Shown piece by piece: positions 7,295 through 15,076 of a stretch of DNA of 19,824 nucleotides (positions are counted from its first letter, which is position 1; every line of letters starts with the position of its first letter). Position numbers and translations under genes: made by a program. This stretch comes from Candidatus Aenigmatarchaeota archaeon (GTDB taxonomy: Archaea > Aenigmatarchaeota > Aenigmatarchaeia > CG10238-14), in the NCBI GenBank assembly GCA_044343545.1, contig JAWBZR010000014.1, forward strand, positions 1-19,824. Direction: 5' to 3'. Below the pieces are notes generated by a model. The model saw only the letters and a list, made by a program, of their open reading frames with translations. It was not told where the DNA came from and searched no databases.

Positions 7295-7867
7295 ATGAGC
7301 GAAATGGGAAGAATTTTATATGAAAAATTAACAACTGTAGTTTTAGGTTTGAATGGTTTGAGGGAGTATTACGACGGTTTATTTGTAGTCATAACAAATC
7401 CATATGGTTTACATTCAATGCTCTATCCTTGGCTTTTTACTAGTGATGGCGATTTAGTGAGAGAAATATATAGAAATTTAGGTTTGGAAATTCCTTCTTA
7501 TCATCCTGATAATATACCTATCTCAATACCAGAAGGTTCGATTGATTATGCACGTAGAGGAAGTTTCACTGAAGACTTTTTCAAGTCCCATGGAAACAGA
7601 CAAAACCCTTATCATGATGGAGCTTTGGTATATCTTTTAAATAGTGACTTTAATCCAACATCGGTTTTAGCCGGAGTTCTATTTCATTTAGCGCCAAAAA
7701 ATTTAATTAGGACGAATGGTTCCAAGGGTGGAAGATTCGACGCAGCATTGAGAGTTTCTGGTGAGCCTGGAATAATTTGTTGTGGGATAATAGGAAATAA
7801 TCAACAAGAACATACAATTCACATATTTGAGGGTGGAAAAGAAACTACATCTCTTTATCAAAAATGA
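7295..7867 (+). CDS. Divergent diadenylate cyclase (DAC/DisA_N)-fold protein
   Basis: GLFVVI, NPYHDGALVY, LAGVLF, GGRFDAALRVS and TIHIFEGG occur in the order of the DAC motifs (GALIV, PLHDGAVII, AAGCYL, GTRHRAALGIS, IS/F..G). The ATG at 7295 is preceded by GGTG. Confidence 0.65.
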   Translation: MSEMGRILYEKLTTVVLGLNGLREYYDGLFVVITNPYGLHSMLYPWLFTSDGDLVREIYRNLGLEIPSYHPDNIPISIPEGSIDYARRGSFTEDFFKSHGNRQNPYHDGALVYLLNSDFNPTSVLAGVLFHLAPKNLIRTNGSKGGRFDAALRVSGEPGIICCGIIGNNQQEHTIHIFEGGKETTSLYQK

Positions 7868-7872
7868 ATCAT

Positions 7873-8427
7873 TCAACGATTTTTATGTTTCTGTATAAAA
7901 TCCAATATTTTTTCAACAGTTTCTTCTTTGCTCAACCGAGTATTATCTATTATTAAATCGGCCATATCTCTTTGTTTTCTATAATCTATTCCATAATCCT
8001 TTTTCCATTCATCAACTTCCAACTTTTCTCTTTCTTTCAACATCTTTTCAACATCTCTTAACTTTAGTCCATCTCTTTCAGCCGTTCTTCTTACCCTTTC
8101 TTCAAACGAGCAATCCAGCCAAATCTTAAAGTCTGCGATATCTTTCAAAATAAAAATTGAAAGTTTTCCGCATATAACAACATTACCTTCTTTACCTAAT
8201 TTTCTTTGTATTTCGTCAATTTTCTCATGAAAATATTTCTCTTTTCCCAAGCCACTTTGAAAAACGTCAAGAGCTTGCTCTATTTGTTTTTTTCTATCAG
8301 AGTGATTTTTGAAATATTCTCCTGGAGAAAAATATTTTAAATTCAATCTTTCCGCTAGCAATTTTGCTATCGTCGAGCTTCCAGCACCGGGTAATCCGGT
8401 TATCGCTATTACTGTCAACTCATCCAC
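7873..8427 (-). CDS. cmk: Archaeal cytidylate kinase
   Basis: IAITGLPGAGSSTIAKLLAERLNL P-loop, IDEIQ, ADFKIWL, ERVRRTAERDG, YGID and DLIIDNT match the archaeal Cmk pattern. Confidence 0.82.
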   Translation of the reverse strand: MDELTVIAITGLPGAGSSTIAKLLAERLNLKYFSPGEYFKNHSDRKKQIEQALDVFQSGLGKEKYFHEKIDEIQRKLGKEGNVVICGKLSIFILKDIADFKIWLDCSFEERVRRTAERDGLKLRDVEKMLKEREKLEVDEWKKDYGIDYRKQRDMADLIIDNTRLSKEETVEKILDFIQKHKNR

Positions 8428-8620
8428 CGCTTGTTATTCTGATGAACTCTATTTTATCATTTTCTTTTATTTTTTCATCTTCAGGTACCAATTCACCGTT
8501 AATCTTGACAACATAGTTTGGGAGAATTATATTGTTTTTTTTCGCCAATTCGATGATGCTCATGTTTTTTCTGTATTCAACAACTCTTTTCTTTCCTTCA
8601 AAAATAATCTTAATTTTCAT
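8420..8620 (-). CDS. ThiS/MoaD/SAMP ubiquitin-like sulfur carrier
   Basis: 66 aa from MKIKII, beta-grasp pattern VVKINGELVPEDEKIKENDKIEFI, C-terminal ITSGG diglycine. Its stop overlaps the cmk start. Confidence 0.9.
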   Translation of the reverse strand: MKIKIIFEGKKRVVEYRKNMSIIELAKKNNIILPNYVVKINGELVPEDEKIKENDKIEFIRITSGG

Positions 8621-8650
8621 AACAACAATATAAATATTTGGAAGATAAAA

Positions 8651-9028
8651 ATGTTTAAATTTGATTTGTGGAGACAATTTATAGGTCTCTTTCTCGTCAT
8701 ATTATCATGGTCAGACCCACTCGACTGGGGTGAAGATTTTCAAATAGTTTTCTTCATCATAGGTTTTGATATGATGTCCATCCTTTTTAAATTAATAATA
8801 TTTAGCATCGATTATTTTTGGGATATTTCAGGTTATGGTTTATTTTTATTGATTCAAGTAGCAGAAGATATAATCTTCGACATTTTTACCATAGGAAGAA
8901 TCGTAGAATTAATTGTCAAGCCATTAGTCGTTTTCTTGATAATTTACATAAATGGATTTGGTTTTTGGTTATCAGCAATGGCTGCCATTTTAGATTTCAT
9001 TTTTAATTTGCAAAAAAAATTCGTGTGA
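8651..9028 (+). CDS. Small polytopic membrane protein, unknown function
   Basis: 3' part of the 8309-9028 ORF, from the ATG at 8651 (MFKFDLWRQFIG). It has several hydrophobic segments. The upstream part of that ORF is antisense to cmk/ThiS. Confidence 0.7.
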   Translation: MFKFDLWRQFIGLFLVILSWSDPLDWGEDFQIVFFIIGFDMMSILFKLIIFSIDYFWDISGYGLFLLIQVAEDIIFDIFTIGRIVELIVKPLVVFLIIYINGFGFWLSAMAAILDFIFNLQKKFV

Positions 9029-9142
9029 AAATTATATATTGAAAAATAAAAAATTTTAAATTTTCAATTAAGGAAAATTTTTCAAGGGTAATCTTGTTTT
9101 TGAAAATTTTCTTGACAATTTCTATTTAAGGTGATTTTACAA

Positions 9143-10237
9143 ATGATCAAGTATCATGCTTTATCTTTCGACGACGTTCTTCTTGTACCAAAAAAATCTC
9201 ATCTGTCTTCAAGAAGTGAAGTTGATTTATCGACGGAATTAACCAGACAAATAAAGTTAAATACACCACTTGTAAGTGCTGCTATGGATACCGTTACCGA
9301 AGATAAAATGGCTTGTGCCATGGCATTGCATGGCGGTTTGGGAATAATTCATCGATTTCAAACAATAGAATCGCAAGTGGCGCAAGTAAGAAAAGTTAAA
9401 GAATTTCAATTTGACAAGAAGCAATATCCTCTTGCAAACACAGATAAAAAGGGAAGATTATTAGTCGGTGCTGCCATAGGTGTTAAAAATAATTTTATTG
9501 AAAGGGCGGAAAAATTGTTAATGGCAGATTGTGATGTAATCGTTATAGACGTGGCACATGGTCACATGCAAAAAGTAATAGACGCTACAAAGGAATTAAA
9601 AAATAATTTCGATGACATAAACCTGGTTGTTGGAAATGTAGCAACATACGAAGGAGCTAAAGATTTGGTTGAGGCCGGTGCGGATTGTATAAAAATAGGC
9701 ATAGGACCTGGTTCAACATGCACTACAAGAATAGTGACAGGCTTCGGCATACCAATCTTCACTTCAATTTTACAATGCGCCAGGTTGAAAGAAGAGTATG
9801 AAATTACTTTAATGGCTGATGGTGGAATGAAAAATTCGGGCGATATCGTAAAGGCTTTGGCAGCAGGTGCTTCGACGATAATGTCAGGTTTTCTTTTCGC
9901 GGGAGTTGACGAAACACCAGGAGAAATAATAGAGATCAACGGTAAAAAATACAAAAAATATAAAGGGATGTATTCCTTGGATTCGAACAAAAAACTTTTG
10001 ATGTTAGAAAATAAGCAGGTATGTGAAGAAAAAATAGTCACGGAAGGTGTTGAAGCTTTTGTGGAATACAAAGGTTCGCTTTCGTCAATTTTCTTTAAAT
10101 TGTTGGGTGGAATAAGGAATGGTTTAAGTTATTGTGGCGCGCGAAATATAAAAGAATTGCAAGAAAAGGCAGAATTTGTGACCATAACTGTTAATGGTCT
10201 TAGAGAAAGCTATGCGCATGATGTCATTTTACTTTAG
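9143..10237 (+). CDS. IMP dehydrogenase/GMP reductase family enzyme lacking CBS domains (possibly GMP reductase)
   Basis: LSFDDVLLVP, SAAMDTVTE, GLGIIHR, IDVAHGH, GNVAT, catalytic loop GIGPGSTCTTR, ADGG and EGVE. GGTGA at 9130-9134 supports the ATG at 9143. Confidence 0.9.
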   Translation: MIKYHALSFDDVLLVPKKSHLSSRSEVDLSTELTRQIKLNTPLVSAAMDTVTEDKMACAMALHGGLGIIHRFQTIESQVAQVRKVKEFQFDKKQYPLANTDKKGRLLVGAAIGVKNNFIERAEKLLMADCDVIVIDVAHGHMQKVIDATKELKNNFDDINLVVGNVATYEGAKDLVEAGADCIKIGIGPGSTCTTRIVTGFGIPIFTSILQCARLKEEYEITLMADGGMKNSGDIVKALAAGASTIMSGFLFAGVDETPGEIIEINGKKYKKYKGMYSLDSNKKLLMLENKQVCEEKIVTEGVEAFVEYKGSLSSIFFKLLGGIRNGLSYCGARNIKELQEKAEFVTITVNGLRESYAHDVILL

Positions 10238-10292
10238 CTACCAATAAAAATATAAGTTATACGTAGAATTATGTTAATTAGTAATATATAAT

Positions 10293-10376
10293 GCTGGAGT
10301 CGCCTAACCTGGTATGGCACAGGCCTGGAGAGCCTGCGGGCGAAAGCCCTTGCGTGTTCAAATCACGCCTCCAGCG
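10293..10376 (+). tRNA. tRNA-Ser(GGA)
   Basis: Acceptor GCTGGAG/CTCCAGC plus G73. Anticodon arm CAGGC-CTGGAGA-GCCTG, long variable arm GGGC-GAAA-GCCC, T arm GCGTG-TTCAAAT-CACGC. No intron, no encoded CCA. Confidence 0.95.
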
Positions 10377-10416
10377 CTTTTTCTTTTAAATTTTCGTTTG
10401 GTTATTAAAATTTTGA

Positions 10417-10491
10417 GGGGCAGTAGTATAGCTTGGTCTAGTACTCCAGCTTGGGGTGCTGGCAACCCGAGTTCAAATCTCGGCTGCCCCA
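10417..10491 (+). tRNA. tRNA-Pro(GGG)
   Basis: Acceptor GGGGCAG/CTGCCCC plus A73. Anticodon arm CCAGC-TTGGGGT-GCTGG, T arm CCGAG-TTCAAAT-CTCGG. Confidence 0.95.
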
Positions 10492-10506
10492 CTTATAAGC
10501 AGTTTT

Positions 10507-11115
10507 CTAATGTACGGATTCAACGACTTTTAATATCTCCTCAAAACTTATAGCACCTTCTCTTATCAGTTTTGGTGGATAAGAAGAAACGTCTACAATA
10601 GTTGAAGGTTTTTTTACCTCACATTCTCCTTTATCTATAATTAAATCAACTCTTCTTTTTACTTCTTCGTTAATTTCCTCAACATTTATTGGAGGTTTTT
10701 CTCCTGGAAGATTAGCTGAAGTCGAGGTGATGGGTCTACCAAATTCGCCTATGAGTTTCAAAACAAAATCGTTTCTCGGAATTCTTATACCAATTTTTAT
10801 ACCTCCTTGATATATTCTTTCGTCTATATTCAAATCTTTTATGCTTAGAACTATCGAAAGAGGACCTGGCAAATATTTTTCGGCAAGAACATCAGCATAT
10901 TTATTCCACCATACATATTTTTTCGCCATTTCGACACTATTCACGGCAATTAAAACAGGTTTAAACCTATCCTTTTTAATCTCAAAAAGTTTTGAGACAG
11001 CATTCGAATTTGTAGCATCAACACCTATTCCATATACTGTTTCTGTAGGATAAATTATTAGGCCGCCAAACCTAAGGGTACGAATAGCTTTATTCAGCAA
11101 AAAATCTTCGTTCAT
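10507..11115 (-). CDS. tsaC: L-threonylcarbamoyladenylate synthase, single-domain TsaC/YrdC type
   Basis: IIYPTETVYGIG, PGPLSIVL, IGIRIP, PITSTSANLPG, PSTIVD and IREGAI. 202 aa with no Sua5 C-terminal domain. Confidence 0.92.
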   Translation of the reverse strand: MNEDFLLNKAIRTLRFGGLIIYPTETVYGIGVDATNSNAVSKLFEIKKDRFKPVLIAVNSVEMAKKYVWWNKYADVLAEKYLPGPLSIVLSIKDLNIDERIYQGGIKIGIRIPRNDFVLKLIGEFGRPITSTSANLPGEKPPINVEEINEEVKRRVDLIIDKGECEVKKPSTIVDVSSYPPKLIREGAISFEEILKVVESVH

Positions 11116-11126
11116 GCTCTCAAAAC

Positions 11127-11771
11127 TTATTTCTTTTTTTGCTTTTTAGGTTTTTGTGCAGGCGAGCTACGTTTTATGTTTGCTAACTGCTCAACGAGTT
11201 TTTCCGCAGGCATTTTTAATATTTCTTCGACTTTAGCTGGAGTAAATCCCGACTGTTTTACGAATTCTTCTATTTCAATCATTTGTTTTCTTATTTTTGC
11301 TAAACTTTTGCATGCTCTAAACTTGTAAAATGCTGCCGTTTCTTCATCAACACCCCAACCAACGGCATCGAATCTATCTATTTCTTGCAAAAACTCTTTC
11401 AGTTTTGTTTTTGCTTTTGAATAAAGGTCGAGTAGATCAAAGATTTCACTGCTATTCATATCAACTTTGGATATCATTGTTTTGAATTCCTTTATTCTCC
11501 TTTCAATATCTTCCGATTCTAAATCTATTTTTATGCACAAGTTTTCCAATGTCATATTTTTAGATGGTAAAGTGTCTTTTGGTATCAAATTTTCTAGATC
11601 ACTCAATTCTGTCTCTACTTTTTCCATTTCTTCCAATTTTGGACTTTCTTCCACAGGCAAGTTTTCAATTTTCGGTATTTCGCTTACAACTTCCTTTACA
11701 TTTTCCGTGGTTTCTTCAACAGGAGGTAGCTCTAAATCGTCTTTTTTACGTTTAAACAATCCAAACAACAT
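11127..11771 (-). CDS. Hypothetical helical protein with N-terminal amphipathic/basic motif
   Basis: 214-aa ORF: MLFGLFKRKK start, acidic Pro/Glu-rich linker, helical core and Lys-rich tail. Confidence 0.75.
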   Translation of the reverse strand: MLFGLFKRKKDDLELPPVEETTENVKEVVSEIPKIENLPVEESPKLEEMEKVETELSDLENLIPKDTLPSKNMTLENLCIKIDLESEDIERRIKEFKTMISKVDMNSSEIFDLLDLYSKAKTKLKEFLQEIDRFDAVGWGVDEETAAFYKFRACKSLAKIRKQMIEIEEFVKQSGFTPAKVEEILKMPAEKLVEQLANIKRSSPAQKPKKQKKK

Positions 11772-11819
11772 AATTATTTTATTCTTTTTTTAATTTAAAT
11801 AGGTTTTTCTGAAAATTCC

Positions 11820-14504
11820 TCAAAGTTTGCATTTTCTTATTATAAACCTACTTATTTCACCGGCAATTATCGCACTCGAACCGGCTGCAAAGACTATAAT
11901 CCATTCATCGTATGTAAGCTCAACCAAATGCAAATATCTATCGATGATAGGTGATTGGATCATAAAGATCAAAATAACCAAGGATAACAACACCGAAATA
12001 TTTAGCCACTTGTTGTTGAGAGGATTCACGTGGAAAATAGATCTTTCTTCCGTTTTACAGTTAAATGCGTTAAACATCTGATAGACTATGATTATAGAAA
12101 AAGTTATCGTTCGTGCCTTTTCCACATCTTTTTTCAAATAAAACGTGGCTATGGGAAATGTAACAGCAAACATCATTAGCGAAATCGATGCCAACATAAT
12201 CACACTTCTTTTATTAAATAAATGCTCTTTTTGACTTCTTGGTTTTTTCTTCATGACATCTTCGTCAGGAGGATCTATTCCCAAAGCTAATGCTGGCAAG
12301 CCATCAGTCACTAAATTAATAATGAGTATGTGCATTGCCAACAGTAAGGGCGGTAGGCCTAAGAAGAAGGAAACACTTAAAATTAGAATTTCACCTATGT
12401 TTGAAGAAAGCAAGTAAATCAAATATTTTTTTATGTTATTGTAAATCACTCTTCCTTCTTCCACCGCCTTCACGATAGTAGCAAAATTATCATCAGCCAA
12501 TATCATATCCGATGCTTCTTTTGTGACATCCGTGCCAGTTATACCCATAGCTATACCAATGTTTGCTGATTTCAAGGCAGGCGCATCGTTTATACCATCG
12601 CCAGTCATGGCGACGACTTTACCTTTGGCCTTTAACAAATTAACTATTCTTAGCTTGTGATGGGGAGAAACTCGTGCAAACACTTTTATATGCTCTATTT
12701 TTTCCATTAACTCTTCGTCTGTGAGTTTTTCGAGTTCTTCGCCAGTTATTGCAACATCTCTTTGCAATTTTTTTATCAGGCCAACTTCTCTTGCTATTGC
12801 GGTGGCTGTGATGGCATGATCACCCGTGACTATGATGACATCTATTCCTGCTTGCTTGCAAAGTTTTATTGCCTCCTTAGCTTCTGGTCTCGGAGGGTCT
12901 ATCATCCCGGCTATGCCGATGAAAATGAGATTCCTTTCAACTTCTTCCTCCCTCAATTCTTCTTTTGTGGCAATCTTTTCAGGTATTTTCCTGTAAGCGA
13001 AACCTAAAACTCTCAAAGCATCTTTACTCATTTCATTCATTTTTTCAAGCACATCTTTCTTTCTTTTTTCGTTTAAATCATACACCTTTCCATTTAACAT
13101 TATTTTCTCCGAAAGGGAGAGCAAAACTTCGGGAGCACCTTTCACATAAACATAATATTCGCCATCTATAAAATGAACAGTGCTCATTCTTTTTCTTTCC
13201 ATATCAAACTGAATTTCGCCAACTCTCGGATATTTCTCTCTCAAGGTTTCATAATCTATACCAGCTTTTTTAGCAGCAACAATTAATGCACCCTCAGTAG
13301 GATCGCCAATTATGCCATTTTCATATAGAATGGCATCGTTGCACAACGCGCCTATTTCCAACAAAAGTTTAAGTTGCCTGTCCCTTTCTGGTTTTATTTC
13401 TCTATTTTTTTCAAAAAAGTTGCCTTTTATTTCATAGCCATGACCAGTTATATGAATCTTTCTTCCAGTATAAATCCTCCTTACAGTCATTTCATTTTTG
13501 GTTAATGTACCGGTTTTGTCCGTGCAAATAACGTTAGTGCAACCCAATGTTTCCACGGCAGGCAATCTTCTGACAATAGCATTTTTCTTTGCCATTCTTT
13601 CCGTTCCTATTGCCAAGGCTCCCGTAACAACTGCAGGTAAAGCCTCCGGAACGGCGGCCACAGCCAAGCTAACGCTCCATATGAACATCTCGAGCAACTC
13701 ATAACCTCTATACAAACCCAAAAGAAATACAAATAAGCAGATTATCAAGCTGCTTATGCCAAGAGTTTTTCCGACAGCATCAAGCTTTTGCTCAAGTGGT
13801 GTTGCTTCGCGTTCCGCCGATTGAATCATTTCGGCTATTTTTCCAAATTCTGTTTGTTTACCCGTTTCTACTACTACGGCTTTAGCTCTCCCTGAAACTA
13901 CTATAGTACCGGCATAGGCCATATTTTTTCTATCTCCCAAGGCCAAGCCTATGTTTTCCAATGGAAATGTGGTTTTTTTGACAGGATGAGATTCGCCAGT
14001 GAGTATAGATTCATTTATTTGCAAGTTTATTTCTTCTATTATTCTTGCATCTGCAGGTACCTTATCTCCCGTCTCTAAAACTATCAAGTCTCCAGGAACA
14101 ATTTCTCTTGCAGGCACCTTAATTTCCTTACCGTCCCTTATTACCTTTGCTTCGGGTGTTGCTAATCTTTTCAAAGCTTCCACAGCTTTTTCAGATCTAT
14201 ATTCTTGGACGAAACCTAAAAGTGAGCATAAAATTATTATTGCAAGAATTACTATGGCGTCAACGATTTCACCTATGGTGAAGGAAATCAAGGTTGCAAT
14301 TATTAAAATTATCATAAGAAAATTTTTGAATTGATCAAGGAGAATGCTAAACCAGCTTCGAGTTTTTTCTTGCTTTATTTCATTGAAACCATACATTTTT
14401 AATCTTCTTTTGGCTTCATCTTCTTTCAAACCTTCAAAAGAAGTTTGCAATTCTTTCAACAATTCATCAAAAGTTAATGTGTGCCAATATTTTTGTTTTG
14501 ACAT
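11820..14504 (-). CDS. P-type ATPase, type II (Ca2+-transporting, SERCA/PMR1-like)
   Basis: TGES, AVPEALP, phosphorylation site DKTGTLT, KGAPE, MIDPPR, TGD, GDGINDAP, LSSNIGE and NLVTDGLPALAL. Confidence 0.95.
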   Translation of the reverse strand: MSKQKYWHTLTFDELLKELQTSFEGLKEDEAKRRLKMYGFNEIKQEKTRSWFSILLDQFKNFLMIILIIATLISFTIGEIVDAIVILAIIILCSLLGFVQEYRSEKAVEALKRLATPEAKVIRDGKEIKVPAREIVPGDLIVLETGDKVPADARIIEEINLQINESILTGESHPVKKTTFPLENIGLALGDRKNMAYAGTIVVSGRAKAVVVETGKQTEFGKIAEMIQSAEREATPLEQKLDAVGKTLGISSLIICLFVFLLGLYRGYELLEMFIWSVSLAVAAVPEALPAVVTGALAIGTERMAKKNAIVRRLPAVETLGCTNVICTDKTGTLTKNEMTVRRIYTGRKIHITGHGYEIKGNFFEKNREIKPERDRQLKLLLEIGALCNDAILYENGIIGDPTEGALIVAAKKAGIDYETLREKYPRVGEIQFDMERKRMSTVHFIDGEYYVYVKGAPEVLLSLSEKIMLNGKVYDLNEKRKKDVLEKMNEMSKDALRVLGFAYRKIPEKIATKEELREEEVERNLIFIGIAGMIDPPRPEAKEAIKLCKQAGIDVIIVTGDHAITATAIAREVGLIKKLQRDVAITGEELEKLTDEELMEKIEHIKVFARVSPHHKLRIVNLLKAKGKVVAMTGDGINDAPALKSANIGIAMGITGTDVTKEASDMILADDNFATIVKAVEEGRVIYNNIKKYLIYLLSSNIGEILILSVSFFLGLPPLLLAMHILIINLVTDGLPALALGIDPPDEDVMKKKPRSQKEHLFNKRSVIMLASISLMMFAVTFPIATFYLKKDVEKARTITFSIIIVYQMFNAFNCKTEERSIFHVNPLNNKWLNISVLLSLVILIFMIQSPIIDRYLHLVELTYDEWIIVFAAGSSAIIAGEISRFIIRKCKL

Positions 14505-14526
14505 CTATTTTATTATGTTTTTTAAA

Positions 14527-14838
14527 TTAAAATAATCCCCAAAGCATGCTATAAGCTCCTTTTAATCCCATGAGTATGCCAACATAAAACGCAGCCTTTT
14601 TAGAAAATTCACCTATGTATGGTAGTGGAATCAAAACTATAAAAATGGCAGCCAACACGTCAACAATTCCCATCCAATCAAAATAATATCCAGCAGCCAC
14701 GCTTCCAATTATCGAAAAAACCCCTTTTATTGCGTGAATCCACAAAAATAATAATATAAGTGGATGCGTGACACCTTTTATAAGAAAAAATGCGCTAATC
14801 AAATCTGTTATTGCCAAAAAAAGTAAAAAGGGCCTCAT
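14527..14838 (-). CDS. Small four-helix membrane protein, unknown function
   Basis: 103 aa, hydrophobic, with an apparent two-fold internal repeat (TDLISA...IKGVFSI / VDVLAA...LKGAYSM). Confidence 0.75.
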   Translation of the reverse strand: MRPFLLFLAITDLISAFFLIKGVTHPLILLFLWIHAIKGVFSIIGSVAAGYYFDWMGIVDVLAAIFIVLIPLPYIGEFSKKAAFYVGILMGLKGAYSMLWGLF

Positions 14839-14958
14839 GTTTGTTAAATTTTAGATTTAAACGATTTAAAACAAATGATTTAACAGTTTGCGCCTTCATC
14901 AATGTAGCAATATCAAGCATTTTATGACATCAAAAAAGAATGATAAATTGACGTGACA

Positions 14959-15033
14959 TGCTCCGGCTGGGATTTGAACCCAGAACCTTTGCCTTAGGAG
15001 GGCACTGCTCTATCCAACTTGAGCTACCGGAGC
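14959..15033 (-). tRNA. tRNA-Arg(CCT)
   Basis: Minus strand reads GCTCCGG TA GCTC AAGTTGGATA GAGC A GTGCC CTCCTAA GGCAA AGGTT CTGGG TTCAAAT CCCAG CCGGAGC A. A20 arginine identity element present; one G27.A43 mismatch. Confidence 0.95.
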
Positions 15034-15076
15034 TCCCAACAAAAATAAATTAATGAAATCCAATTTTAATAGAATT

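Noticed and set aside
7873..8427. P-loop lacking the Lys (GAGSST) as a sign of a dead kinase
   Set aside because: Archaeal cytidylate kinases commonly have Thr or Ser at this position (GxGTTT type).
8309..8650. N-terminal half of the 239-aa plus-strand ORF
   Set aside because: It is an antisense shadow of cmk and the ThiS gene; the plausible gene starts at the ATG at 8651.
10314..10553. 79-aa ORF
   Set aside because: It overlaps tRNA-Ser and tRNA-Pro and is spurious.
14839..15052. tRNA-Arg as an integration site with att repeats
   Set aside because: No duplicated tRNA 3' end and no integrase was seen in the window.
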